64,000 nucleotides of DNA from Haliotis rufescens (Eukaryota): the NCBI RefSeq assembly GCF_023055435.1, contig NW_025964334.1:28334001-28398000 (forward strand), given 5' to 3'. The notes under the pieces were generated by a model that saw nothing but the letters and a program-made list of their open reading frames with translations, did no database searches and was not told where the DNA came from. The position numbers were made by a program, and so were the translations under genes. Shown here in pieces: positions 26,230-38,019 of the stretch. Position 1 is the stretch's first letter, and every line of letters begins with the position of its first letter.

Positions 26230-27415
26230 TGTAGCTTTAAATATTTACAAGCAACAAATACTGAACTAAGCAAACAGTTAAATACAAGCTAGTTTTGACA
26301 TGCAATAATTTGAATCCATTTAACGGCGTAAGTATCAGTATTAGCTTCACGCCGGAATATCTTTCTCACCTAATACCACGAAATATCTCTGTTAATAGTA
26401 GCAATAGATTGAGAGAAATTGACAGACTATGAGATGTAGGACAAATTATCATGCTACATCGTCTTTACCAGACACTACATTGCGTTGGAACCATTTGCCC
26501 GATGACGTTAGTAATGCAGAATCTGTTGGTGAATTTAAGAGATTTTTAAAACAGAATAAAAATATCAATTTGTATATTGATCTTAATTTTGGAAGTAGAT
26601 TTTGTCAGAGTGTACATTCTCGACTAAGACTTGGTTGTGGCTATCTTAATTCCCATCGATATGTAAGACACATTTCTGACAATGCAGCTTGTATTTGTTG
26701 ATACAGGTATGAAAATGTATCACACTATTTCTTTTCCTGTCCCTTTTATAATGATGTAGTGAGTGTGTGAGTTGGGTTTTAACGCCGCTTTTAACAGTAT
26801 TCCAGTTATATCACGGCGTGTCAACTTAATGTGGGAGGAAAGCCCGAAGTGATGCAGGTCTCAGACGTTTACCACTTCGGTGAAACCCACGAGCACGGGT
26901 ATGGTGCTGACAAACCTAGAAACACAATTGGGGCGAACCGGGATTCGAACCCACAATCATAGGTTTCTGGCGTGCCCAAGGGACGCAACTCTGCACAGCG
27001 AATCGCGGCGCCTTAGACGACTGGGCCCCCCGTGCCCCCTTTATATTGATGTAAGACATGACTAATTCTTTTATTCTGAGTGAGTTGATCTTAACACCAT
27101 ATTGAATGGTAATGCTAATTTTACCAAAAAACTACTCACCTAGATATCATAAGCCAGTACATTCATACATACTTCATTCTAAAAGGTTTAAGCTGACGTG
27201 AGACTATAAATCCCGCTTTATATTTTAGTTTTTCTACTCATTACACCAAGCTGTTGTCGATGACCGCTTGCTTTTGTTAACATATTTAGTTTATCACAAT
27301 GTATTATTTTGTATAATGCCTTAATGAATATAACTTGTACTGGAGGGTTATTAACATGAGCCTTTTTGGCTTGTTTACCGAACCAGATTCATTGAATAAA
27401 TACACGTTTAAATCA
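26230..27415 (+). mobile_element. CR1-group LINE 3' fragment (ORF2 C-terminus and 3' UTR), interrupted by a SINE
   Basis: RCRT...LRWNHLP...EFKRFL...HSRLRLGC..LN.H...CIC...HYFFSCPFYNDVR motifs, with stops. Confidence 0.75.
26759..27039 (-). mobile_element. SINE family C, full length
   Basis: Reverse complement of the 24775 copy; TSD tttata(a/t)tgatgta. Confidence 0.93.
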
Positions 27416-27907
27416 ACGGTATAAGTAGAACTTAACGTCGCACAAGCCAATGAGTGCCGTTTAATGGCGAGGTTACCGCGAGTTCAGAAGACTGCCTCGT
27501 GCTTAGGGGTCATGTACGGGTCGCGTGTATTATTAATGGGTTCAGATATGGACACACAGTTCAAGGCTAACAATAGCTTGTCACCATGGTTATTTTAAAG
27601 ATTATATTTCATAAGATGCAGTTATAAGGACGTTGGAGGTCACGCTCACATGGAGGTCAAGGTCAAGGGGGAAGTAATTCTTAAACCATTTAAGTTCAGG
27701 TAACGGGGCAAGTATTTCTACTTAAATATACATAAAATATTATATGCTCACCCTAACAAGGGTTGTAAGTGTATTTTCGAAACATGGACCTGCAGTGTTA
27801 AACCTCAGATTTGTAGCTACAGACTTTGTTCTCACCAATCAGATCACATAAATTAATAGGTCGTAGAACCAATCGGGCTACTGTTTTCATAACGCCTGTT
27901 TCCATAT

Positions 27908-28085
27908 ACAGTAAACTACGGTTATAACGAACTCAAAGGGACCACTAATTTTAGTTTGTTATAACCGTAGTTCGTTATAAGCATATATACAGCATATATA
28001 CAACAAATGGCCGGGACTCAAAAACAAGTTGGTTATATCGGTCAGTTCGTTTTAAGCGTGTTCGTTATAAACGTTGTTTACTGTA
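27908..28085. mobile_element. Tc1/mariner-type MITE, same family as 4378
   Basis: tacagtaaactacggttataacgaac...gttcgttataaacgttgtttactgta. Confidence 0.8.
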
Positions 28086-28403
28086 TTTGTGGGATTTTGT
28101 GGGTATTTGTGGGATATCTTTCAGTAGTGAAAACTAAGCACAAACATTTCATTAAAAAACTATGCCCCAAAATGTTCATGATCCCTAACTTTTTCTTGTT
28201 CCATTCACAAAACATGTACCCAGGTAGATGAAGTGGTACTTATAGAGAAGATAGAATGTAAACTGTTCTTCACAAGCCACTCTTACCCCCAACCAAATAA
28301 TCTAACTGAACAAGCCTTCATAAATTCGAACAATTGCAATGATTTTCCAACTGTTTGATTTGCATTCTAGAAGTTGGTGATTAAGTAAGAAACGTACATC
28401 TTT

Positions 28404-28588
28404 CATCTTCCCGAGGCAAGTGAGTTAACTGACTATAAAAGTCCAGTTTCCAGGAAAGTTTCCAGGAAACTGGACTCCGTGTGCGAAATACGCATCAGTC
28501 GGAAAGCGCACGTTAAATCTCCAAAGTAAGTAAGTAAGTAAGAAACTGGACTTTTAAAGTCAGTTAACTCTCTTGCCTCGGGAAGATG
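28404..28588. mobile_element. Internally deleted 9-bp-TSD MITE (TIRs only) containing a tiny LINE insertion
   Basis: TIR catcttcccgaggcaag.../...cttgcctcgggaagatg; TSD tacatcttt at 28395-28403 and 28589-28597. Confidence 0.9.
28477..28541 (+). mobile_element. Extreme 5'-truncated copy (about 65 bp) of the I-group LINE 3' end
   Basis: One mismatch to 21071-21136; (taag)n tail; 11-bp TSD gaaactggact. Confidence 0.93.
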
Positions 28589-29843
28589 TACATCTTTATG
28601 GACAACAACTTCTGTCTGGTTTATTGCATATAGTAACGTTCCTATGTAGATTCTTACACCGTTATCAAGCTGGAGTGACAACAACCAAGTGATGAGAGGT
28701 ATATATGCAGGACATGTTGTGATAAGCATCAGGTTAGCATTGACAACAACAAGTTTCAGATAACAAGTATCACATATATATTTGAACGAAGCCAAATGTA
28801 CAGTAAGAATAACAAATAACACACAGGTAATGAAGCACACGGGTTATGAAGATGTACAGTAAGTATAAGCAGTAAATAGTTGTAACAAGCTAAATGGATC
28901 CTAATTAAAATAGGCTATTTCCTGATTAGATCTTCATGGGCAGACGAGATGGAATACCTATAGCTTCTGAGAGTTTTGTTTTGGTGAAATCCTCAACCAG
29001 TGCCCACCCAAGCAAGTCAGGAGGACCATCTCCACCACACTCCAGCCGAAAACCAAACCAGAGACCATATAATATGGTCTCCGCCCAAACCAACCAGACC
29101 AGACTTCGTCCCATCACAATCACCCTACCCTACATTGGCAAGACCTCTCGTGAAATCAGCAGATAACTTAAGCTCTTCACCATCTTCACTGGATCCCCAT
29201 CCCTTAGAACTGTCCTCCAAGATAATGGCCCCACCCCCAAACACCCCCACCACCAACAAGCAACCCCCTAAAGGAGTAATCTATAAGAATATTTGTGACT
29301 GTGGTGAGTCGTACATTGGTGAAACCTCCCGCCCAGTAGATACCCGCGGCAAAGAGCATAAGACGTCAACAGCCAAAGCAGACAGCATATCAGCCCTTTC
29401 AGAACACAAGCAAAAATTCCCTACCCATCACCTTCAGTTTGACAAGGTCCAAATCCTCTCAACCAAACATCAGAACTTCACCAAAAGAAAACTCCCAGGA
29501 GCTATAGACATCCGCCGTCACAAACCTTTGATAACAAGGATTAAGAGTTTTACATCTCGTCTGCCTATGAAGAGCTCACCAAGCAATAGACTATTTTAAT
29601 TAGGATCCAATCACCTTGTCACAATGTTTAACCATTTTAATCTGGCTGTACATCTGGCTTCATGACCGTGTGCTTCATTACCTGTGTGCTCTTTGATATT
29701 TTTATCGTACTTTTGGCTTCAACCAATTATCTGTATGATACTTATGCAATTATCTCTATTACCTGCTGTTGTCAATGTTAATCTGCTGCTTATCAGAACA
29801 CGTCATACATATCTACGTCTCGTTCCTTTGTTGTTGCCAGTCC

Positions 29844-29883
29844 AGCTTGATAATGGTGTAAGAATCTACATAGAAACGTCGCT
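29844..29883 (+). ncRNA. Minimal type I hammerhead ribozyme variant (U3-A8) in the Penelope pseudo-LTR; mutated twin on the minus strand at 28632-28671
   Basis: AGC-UUGAUAA-stem II (uguaagaaucuaca)-GAAAC-GUC-GCU. Confidence 0.65.
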
Positions 29884-30288
29884 ATATGCAATAAACCATA
29901 TATAATAAACCAGAAGTTGCTATCCGTACGTTGTATGTTTTCCTAAATGCGTTTCCAATTTAAAAAAGCTTTTCAATTGTTTAAAATGAACTAGCTGTAT
30001 TGAGCCCTGTTACCGTAATGATGATTGCATATGTTGAAATATGTAAATGTAGAGTTTAATATAGATTGTACCACCAAGCTGTTGGATAGCAGACAGGGAA
30101 GGTCAAAGTTAAGGTCACCAGAAAAATGGGTGCGCTGGTTTGGCCAATCAAATGTGAGGCTGTTATGCAACCACGTGGAGTTTGTATCGACTGAGCACAT
30201 TGATGCGATGGTAAGTTAGATAATCCATAAAGCAGCATGGTGACACAAAACCCAGATTACGACGACCTTGCTGATTCATTACTGTCCA

Positions 30289-30620
30289 GACCGCCTCCGT
30301 GGTCTAGTGGTAGAGCGTCCGCCCTGAGAGCGGAAGGTCCGGGCTTCGATCCCCGGCCGCGTCATACCAAATGACGTTAAAAGATGGTACTTGTCGTTAC
30401 CCTGTCTGGGGCTAAGGGGCTAAAACAAGGATTGGTCAGCTCGGAGTCAGTATACTGTGTCTGAGTGGGGTATTCATGTTAAACTGCGACATGGTATCTT
30501 AGTGGACAAGCACTATAAATCGGCATCAGTCTGGTCATAAATCGGACTAGTACAAGCAGCGACACACACACACGTGCAATAATCTTTGACGCGACGTTAA
30601 ACCCCATCTCACCTTACCTT
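30289..30620 (+). mobile_element. SINE family D, full length
   Basis: A box tggtctagtgg, B box ttcgatcccc, body ccgcgtcataccaaa..gacgttaaaagatggtac, tail gcgacgttaaacccc. Confidence 0.9.
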
Positions 30621-31000
30621 ACTAATGGTACATATATAATGGACAGCAGACACCACTGTGCTGTAAGATAACGTTCTTTCCAGTCATCCAAGCTACCAGG
30701 CCACCCGGAAATGAATCAATCGATTGCTTTTACACGGGCTGCATGTGCAACAGCCGTTATCTCATGACAAAATGGCAGCCAGTTGAGTTAGTTTGGTACA
30801 CAACATGTAATGTCCTGGTCAGCGCGTCACGAACGACCTTTTTCACTCTGAAAGGAGCCATCAGTTTTTAAAGAAAACATATCTTTCCCGAAAACATTTC
30901 ATCCAACAAAACAAATCCAGTGAACGATTTCCTTTTTTCAGGGCACATTGTACCTTTTCCAGGATCACCTTCCTCCTCCCAAAATATGATGTAACTGTGC

Positions 31001-31246
31001 TTTGTTTGTTTGTTTGTTTGTTGTTATCGCCGCACTCAGCACTATTCCAGCTATATGACGGCGGGCTGTAAATAATCGAGTCTGGACCAGACAATTTAGT
31101 GATTGACATCATGACCATCGATCCACGCAATTGGGATACGATGACATGCATCAACCAAGTCACTGAGTCTAACCACCCGATCCCGTTAGTCGCCTTTTAT
31201 GCAAGCACGGGTTGCTGAAGACCTATTCTACCCCGGATCTTTACGG
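31001..31246 (-). mobile_element. SINE family A, one-module head
   Basis: Family match. Confidence 0.9.
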
Positions 31247-31309
31247 AAGTGGAATGTGCAGAATTTGATGGAAAGTAAGGTCGTCACTGAAACATGAAGC
31301 TGTTTATTG

Positions 31310-31461
31310 TGGCGGTGGGGTAGCCTTGTGGTTAAAGCATACGCTGGTCACGCCGAAGTCCCGGGTTCGATTCCCCTCATGGGTACAATGCACGCATCCG
31401 CCATAGTATTGCTGGAATACTGCTTAAAGTGTCGTAAAACAACCCCACTCCAACCCACTCA
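31310..31461 (+). mobile_element. SINE family B, internally deleted
   Basis: A and B boxes plus tail. Confidence 0.82.
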
Positions 31462-32247
31462 CCATCTTTAAATTTGCCGTTTCTTGGACTGTTTCCAAAT
31501 TTTTACAAAACATATTCCCCAAACGTTCCATTATTTGAATATTAAAATTCTAATTACATTATTAACGTCACTGCAGGCTTAATTATAACTATGAATATGT
31601 TCAGGGCAAATGATCTCCCAAACGAAGCTATCGTGAACCCTGGACGAAAGCCCCATCCTCTATAAACATCGATAGCTCCTCTTCCGCAAGGAAGGGCAGT
31701 GGAGATTGACGTAAGGGTCACCACAGCTATTTCAATAGATCGCCTAATCTGTGCTATAGCCGTGAGATGTTTGACAGGGGCGGGAAAGCAGCAAGCAAAC
31801 AATGACAGATCGGGGGAGATGGAGGGGGACAAGCAAGGCGTCCTTGACCTAGTGAAAGTCTCTTACAGGGATAGCCCCCATGAGAATACTATGTTTATGT
31901 ACAACGAGTCAATATCCTGTTCTGCTTTTCAAGGGTGATATCTTTTTCTGCATTGCAAGGTTGATATCTTGCATTACGCTTGGTTTATTTCGGCGGCGTG
32001 CATGTGTTTGTGACGGGTGCCAACAGTGGGACAGGATATGGACTTTTTCCCGAACAGCTGTATCATCACTTTTTGACGGTGATTCATGAACACCTGCTTA
32101 TGGTATAGTCGGAATCGTACGCCGATATGATTATGGAAAAGATTTTGTGGCTTTTATCTGCAGATCATATGTGAAAACTTGTACTGCATTACACTTTGTA
32201 TTCGTCACGTTGTGCTAAACCGACATCATGTTTTAAACACAGAAAGG

Positions 32248-32483
32248 TTTGTTTGTTTGTTTAACGCTGCAACCAGCAATATTCCAGCTATATGACGGCG
32301 CTCTGTAAATAATCGAGCCTGGACCAGACAATCCAGTGATTGATATGAGCATCGATCCACGCAATTGGTATATGATGGCATTCATCAACCAAGTCAGCGA
32401 GCCTGACCACCTGATCCCGTTAGTCGCCTCTTACTACAAGCGTAGTCGCCCTTTACGGCAACCATGGGTTGCTGAAGACCTAT
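32248..32483 (-). mobile_element. SINE family A
   Basis: Family match; head slightly truncated. Confidence 0.9.
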
Positions 32484-33091
32484 CACATGTTATAACAAGT
32501 CATCCTCAATGCGCCTCAATGTTCTGCATCTCAAGGCCGTATACATGTTCTGTGTTGTACACAGAGGGTGATATCACGTGTTCTGCGCCTCAATGTTCTG
32601 CATCTCAATGCCGATGTGCACCAATTGTGTTGCTCTCCCAACTGATCTGTTTCTTTCTGCATATGAATCGAAATATCTGGCTTGGCGAAATGTGGCCTTG
32701 AGCATTAGTTTCATGTACCCACGTTGGTATGTAAGGGGCTGTGTCAATCGTGGTTTCTCTCTATATTGTCAATAATGGTGGGGTAAAAAGCAAAAAAAAG
32801 TTTCATGTATATCGATGACAATTCCCTGCAGCTGATTTATTCAATGAGCTAGACCTAAATGAGAGCAGCGAAACAGCCTCATCTGTTCCGTGTATAGATA
32901 TATGCATACATATTCCGAGTGACACAAGAACCAACTATCTCAAAGACTGTATGAGGGATATAACATAAATTTTCAAGTGGTAACTTTCCCTTCACATGGA
33001 ACAATTCAAGCAGCTCCAGTCTTTGGTGTCTACATTTCACAACTATTGAGGTTACCGTAAATTGACCATGCTATTTCTTCGAAGATCGTGA

Positions 33092-33990
33092 ATATCATGT
33101 GTTCTGCGCCTCAATGTTCTGCATCTCAATGTCGTGTTCATGTTCTGTGTTGTATACAGAGGGCGATATCACGTGTTCTGCGCCTCGGTGTTCTGCATCT
33201 CAAGGTCGTGTTCATGTTCTGTGTTGTATACAGAGGGCGACATCACGTGTTCTACGCCTCGGTGTTCTGCATCTCAATGTCGTGTTCATGTTCTGTGTTG
33301 TATACAGAGGGCGATATCACGTGTTCTGTGCCTCAATGTTCTGCATCTCAAAGCCGAGTACATGTTCTGTGTTGTATACAGAGGGTGATATCACGTGTTC
33401 TGCGCCTCAATGTTCTGCATCTCAAGGCCGTGTACATGTTCTGTGTTTTACAGAGAGGTCGATATCACTTGTTCTGCGCCTCAATGTTCTGCATCTCAAG
33501 GCCGTATACATGTACTGTGTTGTATACAGAGGTCGATATCACGTGTTCTGCGCCTCAATGTTCTGCATCTCAAGGCCGTATACATGTTCTGTGTTGTATA
33601 CAGAGGGCGATATCACGTGTTCTGCGCCTCAATGTTCTGCATCTCAAGGACGAGTACATCTTCTGTGTTGTATACAGAGGGCGATATCACGTGTTCTGCG
33701 CCTCAATGTTCTGCATCTCAATGTTGTATACATGTTCTGTGTTATATATAGAGGGCGATATCACGTGTTCTGTGCCTCAATGTTCTGCATCTCAATGTCG
33801 TATACATGTTCTGTGTTGTATACAAAGGGCGATATCACGTGTTCTGCGCCTCAATGTTCTGCATCTCAATGCCGTATACATGTTCTGTGTTGTATACAGA
33901 GGGCGATATCACGTGTTCTGCGCCTCAGTGTTCTGCATCTCAAGGCCGTGTACATGTTCTGTGTTGTGTTCATCAGGGGGATATCACGCA
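33092..33990. repeat. Minisatellite, 74 bp unit, about 12 copies; orphan 1.4 units at 32510-32612
   Basis: Units start at 33099, 33173 and onward. Confidence 0.96.
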
Positions 33991-34099
33991 CATCTGTTCT
34001 GGCAACTGTGCTTTTGAAAATAAAGGCTGATATTGTGACAGCTTGCATTACTGATACATAGCAGAGGCGGCTTTTGGTGATTTTATAGTGCGATATGCG

Positions 34100-34232
34100 T
34101 AACAGTGATAGAATTGATGACATCATGGCATGCATAGGCCGATATGCATGACAGAGGTGAAAGAATAGATGACATCATGACATGCATAGGCCGATATGGA
34201 ATGACAAAAGGTAATAGAATTGATGATATCAT
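34100..34232. repeat. Degenerate tandem triplication of about 50 bp (gaattgatgacatcatggcatgcataggccgatatg)
   Basis: Direct. Confidence 0.7.
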
Positions 34233-34914
34233 TACAAGAGGCGTTTCGTTCACCATCTGTGGCAATGGAGCTCTACACACGATTGTCATGTATGGGTGGT
34301 CTGTGCTGAAAACGATGTACTACCAGGATTATGCATACATTCAAGATGTGAGATACACCACACGGTGTAATAATGAGCAGCTGAAACGAGAGGAATACTT
34401 TCAGGCAGTTGATAATGTAACTATCCACCAGATGAAAAGACTGGCTTTTCAGTGTCATCCACAATAACAATCGGATATTGTATCTTGGGGGGATTATTAG
34501 AAAATTTGCACGCCAACGGCAATGTGCTGCCCAAAACCTGTCTCGTGTGGTGGTATTTTATGTAGGATTGTGTCGTCCTCATTTGTAATTGGAGAGTTTG
34601 GCTCAACACTGCAGCATCGCGTATCAATACGGCCCTGGCAGCTGAACTTAATCAATTCTTTAAAAGGAGCAAGCACTTTAAAACATGTAACTCCCTCATC
34701 ACTATGACGTAATATATGACGTCATTACATACGCCATTTGCAAATATGGAACCGTTGTTAGCCGGCAGCAGTTATTTACAAAGAAATCTTTGACAGATGC
34801 AAAATATAATAGCGAAGATTGCTAGCTCTGCTGGGTAAGGCGTGTAAAGGCGATTCCGATGTGTCAATAATTATATCACACCTTGGCACAGTAAAGAGAG
34901 AAGCCTACAATGAC

Positions 34915-35460
34915 TAAGAAACAAATAGAGGAACATACAGACAAACAAATAGAGAAACAAACAGAGAAACATACCGACAAACAAAAAGAGAAACAGAGAG
35001 ACATACCGACAAACAAAGACAGAAACAGAGAACCATACAGACAAACAAATAGAGAAAGAAATAGAGAAACAAACAGACAAACAAATAAAAAAAATACACA
35101 GAGAAACATATAGAGAAACAAATAGAGAAATATACAGACAAACAAGTAGAGAAACAAACAGACAAACATATAGAGAAACAAATAGAGAAACATACGGACA
35201 AACAAATAGAGAAACAAATACAACAAACAGAGAAACAAACAGACAAACAAACAGAAAAACATACAGACAAACAAAAAGAGAAACAAATAATACAAACAGA
35301 CAAACAAGTAGAGAAACAAAGAGACAAATAGAGAAACAAACAAATTGAGAATCAAACAGAGAAACATTCAGGGAAACAATTAGAGAAACATACAGACAAA
35401 CAAATACAGAAACAAACAGAGATACAGACAAACAAATAGAGAAACAGACAAACAAACTGT
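34915..35460. repeat. Low-complexity (gaaacaaa/gacaaaca) repeat
   Basis: Direct. Confidence 0.9.
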
Positions 35461-35561
35461 CAAAAACCAAAGGTTTTTCTATGAAGGATGAACGGACGTA
35501 TCGGTTGTAAACAAGCTGCACGTTAGTTTAAATAAAATAATAATATAAATATAAAATATAA

Positions 35562-35695
35562 ATCCTAATTGCGTGGATCGATGCTCATGATGTCAATCAC
35601 TGGATTGTCTGTTCCGGACTCGATTATTTACAGACCGCCGTCATAAAGCTGTAATATTGCTGAGTGCGGCGTTAAACAACAAACCAACCAACCAA
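35562..35695 (+). mobile_element. SINE family A, 3' half
   Basis: Family match with (caac)n tail. Confidence 0.88.
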
Positions 35696-36104
35696 CACCA
35701 GCATTCCTGCTATGCGACGGCGGTCTGTAAACAAACTATGAGACAGATATCAACAGGCCATCAATGAACAATACGAAGATATTTCCAAAACGATCAAGCG
35801 CTGGACAACCACCATCATGCACTGTGAAAATGTCGAATTGCATGCATGTTGTTGTCTGTTTCATTTCAAGTGCTTGGTCGTCTCTTAACGGACACGGGAC
35901 GTAACTATGCTCTCGAAGTTGATATATTTTTCAACCATTTGGTCTCTTGACAAAAATTCGACAAATAACAACACATTTCTATCTCATTGGATATAGCTTA
36001 GTTTCTAGTATTAGTTGACCTGATGGCGTTGTACTAAACAGCCCTAGCGCTACCACTGTCGTAGGTCTATGTTAAGGTATGGGTGTTACGATCGCCTTTG
36101 CGCT

Positions 36105-36649
36105 CATCTTCCCGAGGCAAGAGAGTTAACTGACAATAAAAGCCCAGTTTCCACCCTTGCCGAACTAGGCAGGAATTATGGAGTTACATTTTGGCTGGAC
36201 TAACGAGTCTATGCATAGTCCAATCAAAATCGCGCACCGAAATCGAAATCCGGTTCGTAAACTGTCGTGCAGATTTCGAACGATTGCAGGATTTCCGAAT
36301 CATCTGCACCGCCAACTTGATGTCAGCAGATATTTTCCAAATCTTTTCATGTTTTTAATCAAGGTGCTCACGTGATTTGATGCATTTCGCGATGTAAGAC
36401 CCGTTTTATCACAATATAGATCTTGATTATCGATCAGATCGTCCTGACTGGGCGCCACCATTTTGTGAGAAGCAAACGTAAGTCATACGAGCGGTGGAAT
36501 CTGATTGGTCCATAGGAGAGGCTTAGAAGGGACATAACTGGTAATAGCCACTGGTGGCGCTACGATCGAGTCCAGTAATTCCAGCCTAGTTCGACAAAGG
36601 TGGAAACTGGACTTTTAAAGTCAGTTAACTCTCTTGCATCGGGAAGATG
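36105..36649. mobile_element. 545-bp non-autonomous DNA transposon, about 75-bp TIRs, 9-bp TSD (MULE-like)
   Basis: Perfect TSD ctttgcgct at 36096-36104 and 36650-36658; long TIRs. Confidence 0.92.
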
Positions 36650-38019
36650 CTTTGCGCTAAGATCGCTTTATGTCCCCTGTGCCATATCTATATCTGTATC
36701 TAAATATTACAAACGTCTGTCCAGACATCACCCTCCAGAAATAAAACGGAACATTTGAAATGTACAATTTTTAGCCCAATGGAATGTTTCGGCGGATAAT
36801 CTAGCCTGGTTATTCTCTGGCATTGACGTTTTACAGTACTTCTGGCAAGTTCCTCTTGAAATTTGGAAACTCGCCATGTGATATTCACATACACTAACAT
36901 ATATTATATTTGAATGGCAGCGATTTGCACAACGAACCATGGCTATCACCTTTCACGGCTGTAACATCTTCAGTATGTGTTTCGACAGATACTCACATAT
37001 ATTCACAGATATCCACATATATTCAAGAATGTTGACAGATACCGATACACGTATATGTATTAGCGTATCGGCGACTTGTCACCCAGCTCAGAGTGTAATC
37101 TGACACTGGGATGGTGTGTTCTGATTGAGTCGTGAAGGTAACCGCCATAGGCAGAATTTCCATACATGGCCGGAAGTACGCTCTTCAAAGAAATAAATGC
37201 ATAGAAGATAATAAAAATGTTGATTTTGTTTATTCATGAAACATTCAATACAAATGCAATATTTTTTATTGAACGATGTCAGTCACATGATCGTTAACTG
37301 GTGTCGTGCACAAAGGCAAACGTTTTTAACTTTTGTTGCTTTTATACAGCATTTTTTGTAAGACTGCACGAAAATCTTACGGAAAGGAAATCAAAAGCAG
37401 AATGCGCGTGCAAGTTGTGACAATCATGTGCAGTGACAATGACTATTAAAGATCAAACGTCAGTCAACATTTTGTCATACATTTGTCGATTTCTTGGAAG
37501 TGGGAAAATGCGGAGGCTGAATGCTGCAATCGCAACATCGCCATAGGACGTCTTCAATTCAAACCCAGATCGTCCGAGAAGCGGCGGACCAAGAGTTACC
37601 CTCCCCAACAAGATCGCTACATACGGGTCTTTCACCTACGTCGTCGAACATGCTACATGCTACTGCCACCGAGACTCCAGGCATATGCCTGGTTTGAGTA
37701 GGTACCCGACAATCAGGAGTCGTCTGCGAGAGCTGGGAATTAAATCCAGGAGACCGGTATTTGTCCCCGTATCAAAATGGAGAAAATGCACAAAATTTGA
37801 CAAATATTTTATCACGTTAAATGACACATTTAAAAAATTCGAAATTGTGAAATAAGGGAATATTACAACAAACGACATTATCTTAAAACTGCTACGAGTC
37901 AAGCCGATAACGCACATCGACAGAACCAGCATCTCTCATGGTGCTGGCCAGATATAGTTAGCCAAACAAATGTAAGACGTTAATATCTTCATCTGTATCT
38001 ACAGCTGCTTATCATCCAC

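Larger units (their letters stand above)
28385..29945 (+). mobile_element. Penelope-like element: GIY-YIG endonuclease remnant flanked by inverted pseudo-LTRs
   Basis: TITLPYIG, KGVIYKNICDCGESYIGETSRPVDTRGKEHK; about 28598-28960 is the reverse complement of about 29548-29925. Confidence 0.88.

Noticed and set aside
25971-26273. ORFs spanning N runs (also at 52038 and 59844)
   Set aside because: Gap artefacts
33088-34061. 309-aa and 320-aa ORFs
   Set aside because: 74-bp tandem repeat artefact
34871-35521. Hydrophobic membrane-protein-like ORFs
   Set aside because: Low-complexity microsatellite translation
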